Assembly: GCA_026387355.1 (NCBI GenBank)
Contig: JAPLLW010000008.1
Location: 1,016 to 65,015, forward strand
Source: Candidatus Omnitrophota bacterium
GTDB lineage: Bacteria > Omnitrophota > Gorgyraeia > Gygaellales > Profunditerraquicolaceae
Direction: 5' to 3'
DNA: 64,000 nt
A program made the position numbers and the translations under genes. Below the pieces are notes generated by a model. It did no database searches. It was not told the origin of the DNA and saw only the letters and a list, made by a program, of their open reading frames with translations. This document shows positions 55,208 to 64,000 of the stretch, piece after piece; the first letter of the stretch is position 1; each line of letters starts with the position of its first letter.

Positions 55208-56130
55208 AATTTTCACCACTATTCTGGCCAATTCAATTAAAGGGCAACACAATCTACATACTTGATGAGACTTTGTTGCCCCAGAAGCTTAGCTACATAA
55301 AAGCTAAGGATTATAAGCAGGCATGCCGCGCAATAAGAGAGATGAAGACGCGCGCTGTGGGTCAAGTTTTATTGGTAATGTATATTTTTCTGCAGTTAAT
55401 TAAGCAGGGCAGACAGAATGAGATAGCAAAAGTAGCCAATGCGATCAACGCTACGCGGCCGACACTTTCGTTTAAATCTTTAACCGACATGGTCTTAGGT
55501 TGGTCAAAAAGCAAAGCGCCTTTAGAAAAATGTATACTTGGTTTCTTGGAAGGCTTAAAATATAGCCGCATAAAGCAGGCAGAAGAGGCCAGCAAGTTAA
55601 TTAAAGACAAAGATGTAATTCTTACTCATTGTAATGTCAGTGGGCTCCTACCTTTAATCGGAGAAATTTGCCTTAAACAAAATAAGAAAATAAGCTTCTT
55701 TGCTACAGAGACTCGTCCTTACCTGCAGGGTTCACGTCTTACCGCGTGGGAATTAAAGAGGGCAGGTTTTGATGTAACCATTATTACTGATGGAATGACC
55801 GCTTCAGTAATCTCGCAGGGTAAAGTAAATAAGGTAATAGTAGGAGCAGATCATTTAGCGCTTAATGGCGATATTGCTAATAAAGTAGGAACTTATGCCA
55901 TTGCGGTCATCGCAAAATACTTCGGCATTCCTTTTTATGTACTCTGCCCTCCCGCATCGGGGTTAAAGTCCGGAAAAGATATTAAGATTGAAATAAGGCC
56001 GGATATTGAGATGTTGGAATATCAGGGATTACGCCTTGCGCCCAAAGGTGTAAAGGGATATTATCCTGCGTTTGATGTTACCCCAGCGGAATTAATTACT
56101 AAACATATACATTTGGAGATAAAAAGATGA
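55195..56130 (+). CDS. eIF-2B alpha/beta/delta-family sugar-phosphate isomerase (MtnA-like)
   Basis: 'ATETRPYLQGSRLTAWEL', 'VIVGADHLALNGDIANKVGTY', 'GIPFYVLCP'. Confidence 0.8.
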   Translation: METMKFSPLFWPIQLKGNTIYILDETLLPQKLSYIKAKDYKQACRAIREMKTRAVGQVLLVMYIFLQLIKQGRQNEIAKVANAINATRPTLSFKSLTDMVLGWSKSKAPLEKCILGFLEGLKYSRIKQAEEASKLIKDKDVILTHCNVSGLLPLIGEICLKQNKKISFFATETRPYLQGSRLTAWELKRAGFDVTIITDGMTASVISQGKVNKVIVGADHLALNGDIANKVGTYAIAVIAKYFGIPFYVLCPPASGLKSGKDIKIEIRPDIEMLEYQGLRLAPKGVKGYYPAFDVTPAELITKHIHLEIKR

Positions 56131-57128
56131 TTTTCTGTAAAGAGAGAGCTCTAAAGAAGGAAATTATAAATGTCGGCAAGCGGCTTTATCAAACAGGCCT
56201 GGCTGTTGCTAAATCCGGCAACATTAGCGCCCGGTTAGACGATGAGCATATTTTGATTACGGCAACTGGAACTTCTTTAGGTAATTTGAAATATCAGGAT
56301 ATAGTTAAAGTAGATTTAGAAACAGGCAGGGTTTGTGGAAATATTAATCCTAGTTCTGAGTTACTGCTGCATTCTTTGGTCTATAAGAATTTTAAAGCAA
56401 AAACCGCGATTCATTGTCACCCTCCGTTAATTAACGGATATTTTGCGGTGACTGATGACTTAAAGGCGTTGACTTTTGAAACTAAATTCTATTTAGGCAA
56501 CGTTCCTGTAGTTGCGCAGGAGACACCTACTGTAACTAAGCCCGAAGCAGTAATCGCGGCTCTTAAAACAAATAACCTGGTTGTACTTAAGAATCACGGT
56601 ACAGTTGCTATTGCTGATAAGTTTTCAGATGGCCTTAGTCTTACTGAAGCCTTAGAAGAGGCAGTGCGTACAACCGCGCTAGCCAGGATCTTTAAGAAAG
56701 ATATTCTTGATGACTTGGATAAAGCTACGAAAGATGACCTAAGTAAGTCTATTGCTTTCCCGATGTTTTCCCGTGAGCATATTCAGGCGATTGTTGATCT
56801 GGTGAATAAGGATGAGTTTATCGCCCAGAAGGGGAGAGAGTTGGATTTAACCTTAAAGCTAGCTATAAAGTTAGATGGAAGCGATAAAGCTTACAAATTT
56901 AACTTTGAAAAAGGAAAGATTGTTAAGTTGGATTTTAATGCTGATGCGCCATTTGTTATCTCTGCGCCAGCAGCTGTCTGGGAGCAGGTTTTCCTGGGTA
57001 AGCTAGATTCATTTGTAGCAGTTACGCAGGGTAAGATGAAATTAACAGGCCAGTTAGGGCAGCTATCTAAATGGTATGTTCCGTTTTCGCGGCTTTTTGG
57101 GATATTTAAGGAAGTAAGGATAAAGTAA
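56127..57128 (+). CDS. Class II aldolase/adducin-domain protein fused to a C-terminal SCP2 sterol-carrier-like domain
   Basis: 'AKSGNISARLDDEHILITATGTSLG' and 'HSLVYKNFKAKTAIHCHP' (class II aldolase metal site). C-terminal 'KFNFEKGKIVKLDFNADAPFVISAPAAVWEQVFLGKLDSFVAVTQGKMKLTGQLGQL' is SCP2-like. Confidence 0.75.
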   Translation: MIFCKERALKKEIINVGKRLYQTGLAVAKSGNISARLDDEHILITATGTSLGNLKYQDIVKVDLETGRVCGNINPSSELLLHSLVYKNFKAKTAIHCHPPLINGYFAVTDDLKALTFETKFYLGNVPVVAQETPTVTKPEAVIAALKTNNLVVLKNHGTVAIADKFSDGLSLTEALEEAVRTTALARIFKKDILDDLDKATKDDLSKSIAFPMFSREHIQAIVDLVNKDEFIAQKGRELDLTLKLAIKLDGSDKAYKFNFEKGKIVKLDFNADAPFVISAPAAVWEQVFLGKLDSFVAVTQGKMKLTGQLGQLSKWYVPFSRLFGIFKEVRIK

Positions 57129-57130
57129 AT

Positions 57131-58615
57131 ATGAATAAATACCAACTATTTATTAACGGAAAGTTTGTTGAGACTAAAGAGAAACAGAATATTCTTAATC
57201 CTTCAACGGGCAAAGTTATTGCTGATACAGGGATTGCTTCTCTTAGTGAAGTTGATTTAGCTATTACCAGCGCGCGTAAGGCTTTTGATGAAGGAGAGTG
57301 GCCTAAGCTTTCCCTGGAAGAACGCAAGGGTTTTCTCATAAAGATTAAACAGGGAATCTTAGATTGCGCGGCAGAGCTTGCCAGCATCGAGAGTGCAAAT
57401 TCCGGTAAGCCGATCAAAGAAACAACTTTTATGGACATCCCATCAAGTGCCAAGGCATTTGAAGATATTGCCAATAAATTCGAAAGTTATCTGCATGATG
57501 AGAATATAAATGTTTCAGAAGCTGCAAAAGCGAATTTAAGGCGTGAGCCGGCCGGTGTAGTAGTTTTAATTGTCCCCTGGAACTATCCTTTATTGATTGC
57601 CTCTTGGAAATTGGCGCAGGCACTTGCCGCGGGTAACACAGTGGTAATAAAACCTTCCAGCCTTACTCCTTTAAGTCTGCTTATCTTAGCCAGGATTATA
57701 AAAGAAGCAGGTCTACCCGAAGGGGTAGTAAATATTATTAACGGTAGCGGAAGTGTTATAGGAGAAGCATTGTGTTCGGATAAGAGGGTGGATATGGTTT
57801 CGTTTACCGGGAGTAATGAAGTGGGAAGGCAGATTCTTAATTATTCCTCCAAGAATATCAAGAAATTAACTATGGAGTTAGGAGGAAAATCTGCAAGTTT
57901 AGTATTCTCAGATATGGATATTGATACTGCAGTGAATGCCTCGCTCTGCTCTATATTTTTGAACCAGGGGCAGATGTGTACTGCTATGTCGCGCATATTT
58001 GTTGAGGAAGGTATTTTTGATAAATTCACCAAAGATTTTGTGGCTAAGGCTATGCGTATTAAATTGGGCCTTGCCGATGATTACGAAACGCAGATGGGTC
58101 CGTTAATTAGCGATGCTCAGCGTAAAAGAGTTATCGCATTCTTAGAGAAGGCCAAGGCTGAGGGTGCAAAACTTTTATGCGGCGGGAAGATTCCTAAGGC
58201 ACAAGATTTAATAAACGGGTATTTTTTTGAACCCACAGTTGTCGTTAATGTTAACACGCACTCACATATATTCAAAGAAGAGGTTTTTGGGCCGGTAGTT
58301 ATAATTAATGAATTTTCCAGCACTGAGGAAGCTGTGCGTCTGGCGAATGATTCTGATTTTGGCTTAGCCAGCTGTATATGGACTAAAGACTTAAGTTTAG
58401 CAGAAGATTTAGCTAAGAGGATAAATGCCGGGACCATCTGGATTAATACTTACGGTATGTTTTATAATGAGCTTCCATACGGTGGATTTAAGCAGAGCGG
58501 TTTCGGTAAAGAATTAGGCAGGGAGGGATTCCTAGAATATACCAGGCTTAAGAATATAGTTATTGATCAGACGCCCGATGCTAAACCTCTTGTAAATTAT
58601 TGGTATGGATTCTAG
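57131..58615 (+). CDS. NAD(P)-dependent aldehyde dehydrogenase
   Basis: 'ELGGKSASLVF' and catalytic 'FLNQGQMCTAMSRIFV'; 494 aa. Confidence 0.9.
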   Translation: MNKYQLFINGKFVETKEKQNILNPSTGKVIADTGIASLSEVDLAITSARKAFDEGEWPKLSLEERKGFLIKIKQGILDCAAELASIESANSGKPIKETTFMDIPSSAKAFEDIANKFESYLHDENINVSEAAKANLRREPAGVVVLIVPWNYPLLIASWKLAQALAAGNTVVIKPSSLTPLSLLILARIIKEAGLPEGVVNIINGSGSVIGEALCSDKRVDMVSFTGSNEVGRQILNYSSKNIKKLTMELGGKSASLVFSDMDIDTAVNASLCSIFLNQGQMCTAMSRIFVEEGIFDKFTKDFVAKAMRIKLGLADDYETQMGPLISDAQRKRVIAFLEKAKAEGAKLLCGGKIPKAQDLINGYFFEPTVVVNVNTHSHIFKEEVFGPVVIINEFSSTEEAVRLANDSDFGLASCIWTKDLSLAEDLAKRINAGTIWINTYGMFYNELPYGGFKQSGFGKELGREGFLEYTRLKNIVIDQTPDAKPLVNYWYGF

Positions 58616-58628
58616 CGGATAAGATAAA

Positions 58629-59342
58629 ATGAAGGCGCTTATATCTTTATGGGTTTGGGTAGCTACAGCCGTATTAACAATTACGTTATATTTTGTCGTT
58701 TTTTTTGTCGTAATTATATCCTGGCCTTTTGACAAAAGTAGAAAGCTTGCCCACGCGCAATGTTTTTGGTGGTCAAATTGCATATTGCGTATGAATCCTT
58801 TCTGGAAGCTAGAAGTTAATGGGCTTGAAAATATTGACCATAAAAAGACGTATGTGATTATCTCTAATCACCAGAGTATGGCAGATATCGTCGTGCTTTA
58901 TAAGATCCATACGCAATTTAAGTGGGTATCCAAGGAAAGTCTTTTTCGGGTTCCTTTTATAGGATGGTGTTTATCACTTACTAAACATATAAAGCTTGCG
59001 CGCGGAGAATTCTCAAGTATAAAAAAGATTTATCGCGAAGCCGCAGAATGGCTTAGGAAAGATATGTCGGTATTATTTTTCCCTGAAGGAACTCGCAGCG
59101 AAACCGATGAGATGAATGTTTTTCAGAACGGAGCCTTCAAATTAGCCATAAAAGAAAAGAAACCCATTCTCCCGATTTGTTTAAAAGGCACCCGGGAAAC
59201 TATTCCTAAGGGTAGTTGGGTCTTCAGAGCAACAGTTAAAGCCAGCCTCACAGTATTACCTGCCATTGAAACCAGCCAGTTGTCGCCAGGTGATTTCGTT
59301 TTATTAAGGGATGAAGTTTTTGCCAAGATTAATAGCGCCTAA
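58629..59342 (+). CDS. 1-acyl-sn-glycerol-3-phosphate acyltransferase-like (PlsC family)
   Basis: 'NHQSMADIVV' (HX4D) and 'FPEGTRS' motifs; N-terminal TM. Confidence 0.8.
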   Translation: MKALISLWVWVATAVLTITLYFVVFFVVIISWPFDKSRKLAHAQCFWWSNCILRMNPFWKLEVNGLENIDHKKTYVIISNHQSMADIVVLYKIHTQFKWVSKESLFRVPFIGWCLSLTKHIKLARGEFSSIKKIYREAAEWLRKDMSVLFFPEGTRSETDEMNVFQNGAFKLAIKEKKPILPICLKGTRETIPKGSWVFRATVKASLTVLPAIETSQLSPGDFVLLRDEVFAKINSA

Positions 59343-59389
59343 GCTAATTTTTATTGACCGCTAGTCACTCTGGAAGTAAAATATAGACG

Positions 59390-60460
59390 ATGAAAAGCAA
59401 GGTTTACTTTATAGGCGTAAGCGAATCGGATTATTCGTTAACCATTCAAAGTAAGCTCAAGCATCTTCTTGATAAAGCCGGGTTGTTTGACCATATCAAG
59501 GCAAATGACAGAGTTTGCGTGAAATTACATTTTGGTGAGGAAGGCAATACCGGATTTGTTAAACCTGAATACCTGCGTATTATCTGTGATAAGTTAAAAG
59601 GAAAGCTCGCCCGCCCGATATTGAGCGATACGAATACCCTTTATAAGGGCTTGCGTACTAATTCCAAGGATCATCTTAAGCTTGCACATGAACATGGTTT
59701 TACTCCTGAAAATACTGGCGTAGAAGTGATTATCCCTGATGACAAAATAAAAGATAATTGTAAAGAGATAGAGATCAATCAGAAGTTTATAAAGTTTGCA
59801 AAAGTCTCCAGCCTTTTTATAGATGCAGATGCTTTAGTGGGCGTCGCCCATTTTAAAGGCCATATTATGACTGGTTTTGGCGGTGCGCTTAAGAATATCG
59901 GAATGGGTTGCGCTATTCGCGAAGGAAAACTTCAGCAGCATTCAAATATTGCGCCGATTATTTATTTGGATGCTTGTGTTGCTTGCGGCGCCTGCGTGGA
60001 GGCCTGTCCGGTAAAGGCGATAACTCTAAAAGACAAAAAAGCGTATATTGATAGCGCTACGTGTATTGGTTGCGCTAGTTGTCTCGCCGCATGTAATTAT
60101 CATGCAATTGATGTGCATTGGGCATCAGGAGGAGATACGATTCAGGAAAAAATGATTGAATATGCCTCTGCTGTCTTGGGAAAACAAAAAAATAAACCCG
60201 TTTTCATTAATTTCTGCATTAAGATTACCAAAGAATGCGACTGTTTGGCTAAGGATGATCCCAGGGTTGTTTCGGATATCGGGATATTAGCTTCACTAGA
60301 TCCGGTGAGTCTTGATAAGGCCTGTTTGGATATGATTGAGAAAAGAGCAGGCAGGGATATATTCAAAGAATTACATCCTGACCGGGATGGTTATAAGCAG
60401 CTTAAATATGCCGCTGCTTTAGGATTAGGTAATCTCGACTATGATTTATTATCGGTTTAG
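59390..60460 (+). CDS. DUF362-domain protein with 2x[4Fe-4S] ferredoxin insert
   Basis: 'CVACGACVEACP' and 'CIGCASCLAACNYH'. Confidence 0.7.
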   Translation: MKSKVYFIGVSESDYSLTIQSKLKHLLDKAGLFDHIKANDRVCVKLHFGEEGNTGFVKPEYLRIICDKLKGKLARPILSDTNTLYKGLRTNSKDHLKLAHEHGFTPENTGVEVIIPDDKIKDNCKEIEINQKFIKFAKVSSLFIDADALVGVAHFKGHIMTGFGGALKNIGMGCAIREGKLQQHSNIAPIIYLDACVACGACVEACPVKAITLKDKKAYIDSATCIGCASCLAACNYHAIDVHWASGGDTIQEKMIEYASAVLGKQKNKPVFINFCIKITKECDCLAKDDPRVVSDIGILASLDPVSLDKACLDMIEKRAGRDIFKELHPDRDGYKQLKYAAALGLGNLDYDLLSV

Positions 60461-60486
60461 TATTCTTTGGATTAGGGGAGGTTGAT

Positions 60487-61074
60487 ATGAAGAAAAAGAT
60501 TTTGATTGGCGTCTTGGCTATTTTCTGCGCCGCGTTAATATTTGAAACCGGTTATTTAATAGGCTTAAACAGCAAAATAAAGATCAGGCGAGGTTGGTAC
60601 AGCCAGCGTCGACCTGTAGTGCCGATGAGAAACTTATCTATCCCGGAGTGGGAAGATTCTCGCGATATTGCATTTCTGCAAAGAAGCCTTGAGCGCGGGC
60701 AGCCGATTAGGCCGCCAATTCAAAAGAGTGGGTACTTCTTTGTTACCGCAATGACTTCTAAAGATATCGGGAATGAGCGTATAATTAGCATTAATCTTCC
60801 TGGTTTGAATAAGGATGCGATTAAGGTTGAGGTTAAGGGCAAGCAGTTAACCATTCAGGCGCTGCAAAAACAAGCCGAAAGAATTGATAAAAAGGGTTTT
60901 CACCAGGAATCTTCCAGCGCAACTAATTTTTTGCAGGTAATCCCTTTACCCGAGAATGCTATAGCGCATAAAATTCGCGCAGAGTATATGCAGGAAGTGC
61001 TTACCATTACCATCCCTATGGCCAAAGAGGTGAGAAAGCCGAAAGCAGCCGTAGTTAAAATCGACGTAAAGTAG
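60487..61074 (+). CDS. Hsp20/alpha-crystallin-domain protein with N-terminal signal/TM segment
   Basis: 'ISINLPGLNKDAIKVEVKGKQLTIQA...FLQVIPLPENAIAHKIRAEYMQEVLTITIP' alpha-crystallin domain; N-terminal 'MKKKILIGVLAIFCAALIF'. Confidence 0.6.
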   Translation: MKKKILIGVLAIFCAALIFETGYLIGLNSKIKIRRGWYSQRRPVVPMRNLSIPEWEDSRDIAFLQRSLERGQPIRPPIQKSGYFFVTAMTSKDIGNERIISINLPGLNKDAIKVEVKGKQLTIQALQKQAERIDKKGFHQESSSATNFLQVIPLPENAIAHKIRAEYMQEVLTITIPMAKEVRKPKAAVVKIDVK

Positions 61075-61155
61075 ATACAATATAATTAGACAGTTTTAAG
61101 ATTTATTTATTAATCTTTAATTGATTAGTTTTTCATTAGCGGTAAAATAGTATCA

Positions 61156-62511
61156 ATGGAGAGAATGGCAATAGCAAAACATCCGCGCCCACCTTATAAA
61201 ACTGTTTTCTTCCTTTGTTGTATCCTTTTAAGCCTTGTCTTTATCCAATCTTTGATTGCTGACGATGTAATTGATAAGCCGGTCTGCCTAACTTCGGTTA
61301 AAGACGCTATCCTTTTAGCTTTCAAGAATAACCTCGCTATCCAGATTCAAGAGAAAGAAGTTGACGCTACCCGTGCCGGAATAATGCAGGCGCGTAGCGC
61401 TATTTTGCCCCAGGTAGATTTTCAAGCCGCTTATACACATAATGAAAAAGTTCCTGCGCAGGATATTTTCTTTGGTTATGAAAATAATAAAATGGTTGGA
61501 CTATCAGCTTCCCAGGTTATCTATGACGGCGGCGCAAGTATTGCCGCGATTAAACAAGCTAAACTTAATTTAAATATCCAGGTTCAGACACTTACTGCGC
61601 AAAAGTTAGATGTTGAGTTTGAAGCCAAAAGGCTTTATTACGGTTTGCTTCTAGCCTATGAAACTGAGCGTATAACTAAAGAGCTCTTTGGTCAGGCTAA
61701 GGCTCATTATGAAGATGTAAAAAATAAATTTGAGCAGGGGACTTCTTCAAAGTTTGATCTTTTGCAGTCCAAGATTCAGGTTGCAAAAGTTGTTCCGGAA
61801 TTAATCAAGGCCAAGAACGCAATTGATTTAATCAAGGCAGAATTTAAGAAATTATTAAAGATTAAAATGGAAGATGAGCTTAAAGTAACTGATCAGTTAG
61901 CTTATTTACCAGTAGAAATTAATGAACCGGAATTTTTAAGAATTGCTTATTTAAGCCAACCCCAGATGAATATACGCGCTCTCGGTATTGATGTAAATAA
62001 ATGGGCGATCCAAGTAGCCAGGGCGAGCAACCGGCCGCAGATTAATGCATCAGGAAATTTAGCGTATAATACAAATAAATTAGACAAAATGTTTGATGCA
62101 TCCCAGCGCAATTGGAACGCCGGAATCAGCGTAAGTATACCTATCTTTGACGGGTTTTCTTCCAAGGCAAAGGTTGATGCCGCCAAGTCGCGTTACGAAG
62201 AATCTCGCCTGCAGAAAGAAGATACAGGAGATCAGATTGCCGTGGATATCCGCCAGGGTTGTCTGGACCTAAGGCAGTCACAAGCGATTATTGATTACAC
62301 AAAAGATAATATTGATGAGGCGAAGGAAGCCTTAAAGATCTCTGAAGTTAGTTACGATATCGGAGAAGGGACAAATCTTGATGTATTGGATTCACAGGTA
62401 TCTTTAAGTCAAGTAGAAGAGAATTTAGCCAGTGCTGTTTATGATTATCTTATGGCAGATGCATTTTTAAATAAAACTATGGGCAGGCTTTTAGAAGGAG
62501 ATAAAAAATGA
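61156..62511 (+). CDS. TolC-like outer-membrane efflux protein (OMF)
   Basis: Signal peptide; duplicated alpha-helical-barrel repeats; 'LTSVKDAILLAFKNNLAIQIQEKEVDA'. Confidence 0.75.
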   Translation: MERMAIAKHPRPPYKTVFFLCCILLSLVFIQSLIADDVIDKPVCLTSVKDAILLAFKNNLAIQIQEKEVDATRAGIMQARSAILPQVDFQAAYTHNEKVPAQDIFFGYENNKMVGLSASQVIYDGGASIAAIKQAKLNLNIQVQTLTAQKLDVEFEAKRLYYGLLLAYETERITKELFGQAKAHYEDVKNKFEQGTSSKFDLLQSKIQVAKVVPELIKAKNAIDLIKAEFKKLLKIKMEDELKVTDQLAYLPVEINEPEFLRIAYLSQPQMNIRALGIDVNKWAIQVARASNRPQINASGNLAYNTNKLDKMFDASQRNWNAGISVSIPIFDGFSSKAKVDAAKSRYEESRLQKEDTGDQIAVDIRQGCLDLRQSQAIIDYTKDNIDEAKEALKISEVSYDIGEGTNLDVLDSQVSLSQVEENLASAVYDYLMADAFLNKTMGRLLEGDKK

Positions 62512-63344
62512 AGAATAAGAAGAATGTTATTATATTTATTACGTTGATCGCAGTAATTATCCTAGGGGTATTATTATATATTCACATAAAGCAAGGCGAG
62601 AATCGTCATGCGGTTAAGGTTTCCGGGAACATTGAAGGCGATGACGTGCGCATATCTTTTCGAGTGGAAGGCCAGATTGAAGAGTTGCTTGTTGACGAAG
62701 GTTACGTAGTCAAAAAAGGTGACACGGTTGCAAAATTAAAGACTGATGAGTTATCAAAGACCCGGGATAATGCCGCAGGGGCATTGAAAGCGGCAGAATA
62801 TGAGTATGTCCTTGCCAAGATTGATTATGAGCGTGCTGAAAATCTGCTTGCCGCAGGAGGAACCACTACTCAAAAAAGGGACTCAGCTAAGACCAATCGA
62901 GATTCTCTAATGGCGGATGTAGAAAAACTTAAAGCATCTTTGGATTTGGCGCAGACGCGACTGGATTTTACAACCCTAACTTCTCCTCTTAACGGTTATA
63001 TATTAGTTAAAAGCGCTTTAGGCGGCGAGGTTGTTCAAATAGGCGCTCCTGTTTTTACCGCAGTTGATTTGAATAATATCTGGGTAACTGCGTATATCAA
63101 TGAATCAGATTTAGGCAAGGTTAAGCTGGGGCAGAAGGCATACGTAGAAACAGATAGTTACCCCGGTAAGAAATATAACGGCACCGTTTCATTCATATCT
63201 TCCCAAGCAGAATTTACACCTAAATACATCCAGACTACTGAAGAAAGAGTAAAGTATGTTTACAGGATAAAGGTAAGGGTTGATAATTCTAGCCTAGACC
63301 TTAAGCCCGGGATGCCCGCAGACGCCTACATAACGTTTGAATAG
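62508..63344 (+). CDS. HlyD-family periplasmic adaptor (membrane fusion protein)
   Basis: N-terminal TM, coiled-coil hairpin, beta-barrel 'LTSPLNGYILVKSALGGEVVQIGAPVFT', C-terminal 'LKPGMPADAYI'. Confidence 0.8.
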   Translation: MKNKKNVIIFITLIAVIILGVLLYIHIKQGENRHAVKVSGNIEGDDVRISFRVEGQIEELLVDEGYVVKKGDTVAKLKTDELSKTRDNAAGALKAAEYEYVLAKIDYERAENLLAAGGTTTQKRDSAKTNRDSLMADVEKLKASLDLAQTRLDFTTLTSPLNGYILVKSALGGEVVQIGAPVFTAVDLNNIWVTAYINESDLGKVKLGQKAYVETDSYPGKKYNGTVSFISSQAEFTPKYIQTTEERVKYVYRIKVRVDNSSLDLKPGMPADAYITFE

Positions 63345-63347
63345 ATA

Positions 63348-64000
63348 ATGATTACAATTAAGACCGAGAATCTCACTCGTAAATTCGGGACTTTAACAGC
63401 TTTGGATTCTTTGAATCTCGAGGTTAATGAGGGTGAGATTTTTGGTTTAGTCGGCCCGGATGGCGCAGGAAAGACTACAACCATGCGTCTTTTAACTGGG
63501 ATAATGGATCCTACTTCGGGGAATGCCTGGGTTTATAATAAACACACCGTTAAGGAAGCTGAAAGCTTAAAAGAGCAAATTGCATATATGTCTCAGCGCT
63601 TCGGTCTTTATGAAGAATTAAGCGTAATGGAGAATATTAATTTTTACGCTGATGTATACGGGGTTACGAAAGAAAAACGCGAGGCGGATATTGAGCGCCT
63701 GCTTAAATTTTCCGGGCTCCTGCCTTTTAAAGAGCGTTTTGCCGGCAAGCTTTCCGGAGGGATGAAACAAAAGTTAGGGCTAGCCTGTGCTCTTATACAC
63801 ACGCCAAAGGTTTTATTCCTTGATGAGCCTACCAATGGAGTTGATCCTGTCTCGCGAAGAGACTTTTGGAGCATTCTTTACGAACTATTAAAAGAAAAGG
63901 TCACAATATTCTGTTCAACTTGTTATCTTGATGAGGCAGAGCGTTGTGGCAGGGTGGGGCTAATGCATAAAGGAAAGTTATTACGCTGCGAGACGCCGAA
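63348..64000 (+). CDS. ABC transporter ATP-binding protein (partial; runs off the window end)
   Basis: Walker A 'GPDGAGKTT', Q-loop, signature 'LSGGMKQKL', Walker B 'LFLDEPT'. Absent from the ORF track only because no stop codon lies within the window. Confidence 0.85.
   Translation, partial: MITIKTENLTRKFGTLTALDSLNLEVNEGEIFGLVGPDGAGKTTTMRLLTGIMDPTSGNAWVYNKHTVKEAESLKEQIAYMSQRFGLYEELSVMENINFYADVYGVTKEKREADIERLLKFSGLLPFKERFAGKLSGGMKQKLGLACALIHTPKVLFLDEPTNGVDPVSRRDFWSILYELLKEKVTIFCSTCYLDEAERCGRVGLMHKGKLLRCETP

Noticed and set aside
58629-59342. PlsC-like acyltransferase as part of the KS/ACP biosynthetic cluster (aryl-polyene clusters carry a PlsC-like gene)
   Set aside because: It is separated from the cluster by the unrelated five-gene salvage block and a Cys-rich protein gene. 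The linkage is too loose to assert, so it is left as a standalone lipid acyltransferase.
1-64000. CRISPR arrays, rRNA/tRNA genes, IS elements, integrases or phage genes
   Set aside because: No regularly spaced direct repeats, and no transposase or recombinase motifs (DDE, tyrosine-recombinase RxxR...HxxR...Y, serine-recombinase) were recognised in any ORF. The only mobile-element-like signature is the comM 3'-end duplication, reported as a finding.

Overview
This is a 64-kb window from an AT-rich (roughly 40% GC) bacterium whose proteins are rich in Lys, Ile and Asn. It carries Gram-negative envelope machinery (Wza, TolC-like, RND and HlyD proteins). Many radical-SAM and Fe-S genes suggest an anaerobe, probably uncultivated. 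Almost every gene is on the + strand. No rRNA, tRNA, CRISPR array, transposase or integrase was recognised.

Main blocks:
(1) 0.3-30.6 kb: a large Wzx/Wzy-type surface-polysaccharide locus. Two Wzc-like tyrosine autokinases sit in opposite orientation near its two ends, each next to a PilZ gene. It also holds an HD-GYP phosphodiesterase and an ExeA-like ATPase. Inside is a tandemly duplicated module of GT9 heptosyltransferase, zinc-ribbon SAM methyltransferase and APH-fold kinase, with a pseudogenised extra GT9 copy.
(2) 30.7-32.2 kb: a lone GT9 gene bracketed by diverged direct repeats of the comM 3' end.
(3) 33.8-37 kb: housekeeping genes (accA, an L,D-transpeptidase, a PadR-like regulator).
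(4) 37-42 kb: MarR regulator, TolC-like outer-membrane factor and RND pump.
(5) 42.6-53.6 kb: a compact biosynthetic cluster that resembles a type-II-PKS or unusual-lipid system. It has a ketosynthase translationally coupled to a catalytically dead ketosynthase-like partner, an acyl carrier protein, a B12-binding radical SAM enzyme, two cyclase-type proteins, a short-chain reductase, a PanE-like reductase, an MFS exporter, an amidohydrolase, and a repeated structured RNA-like element on both sides of the ACP-cyclase pair.
(6) 54.1-58.6 kb: a phosphorylase / MtnA-like isomerase / class II aldolase (fused to SCP2) / aldehyde dehydrogenase cluster resembling the DHAP shunt for 5'-deoxynucleoside and methylthioadenosine salvage.
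(7) 58.6-64 kb: PlsC acyltransferase, a DUF362 ferredoxin protein, a signal-peptide Hsp20-like protein, and a TolC-HlyD-ABC efflux set that runs off the window end.
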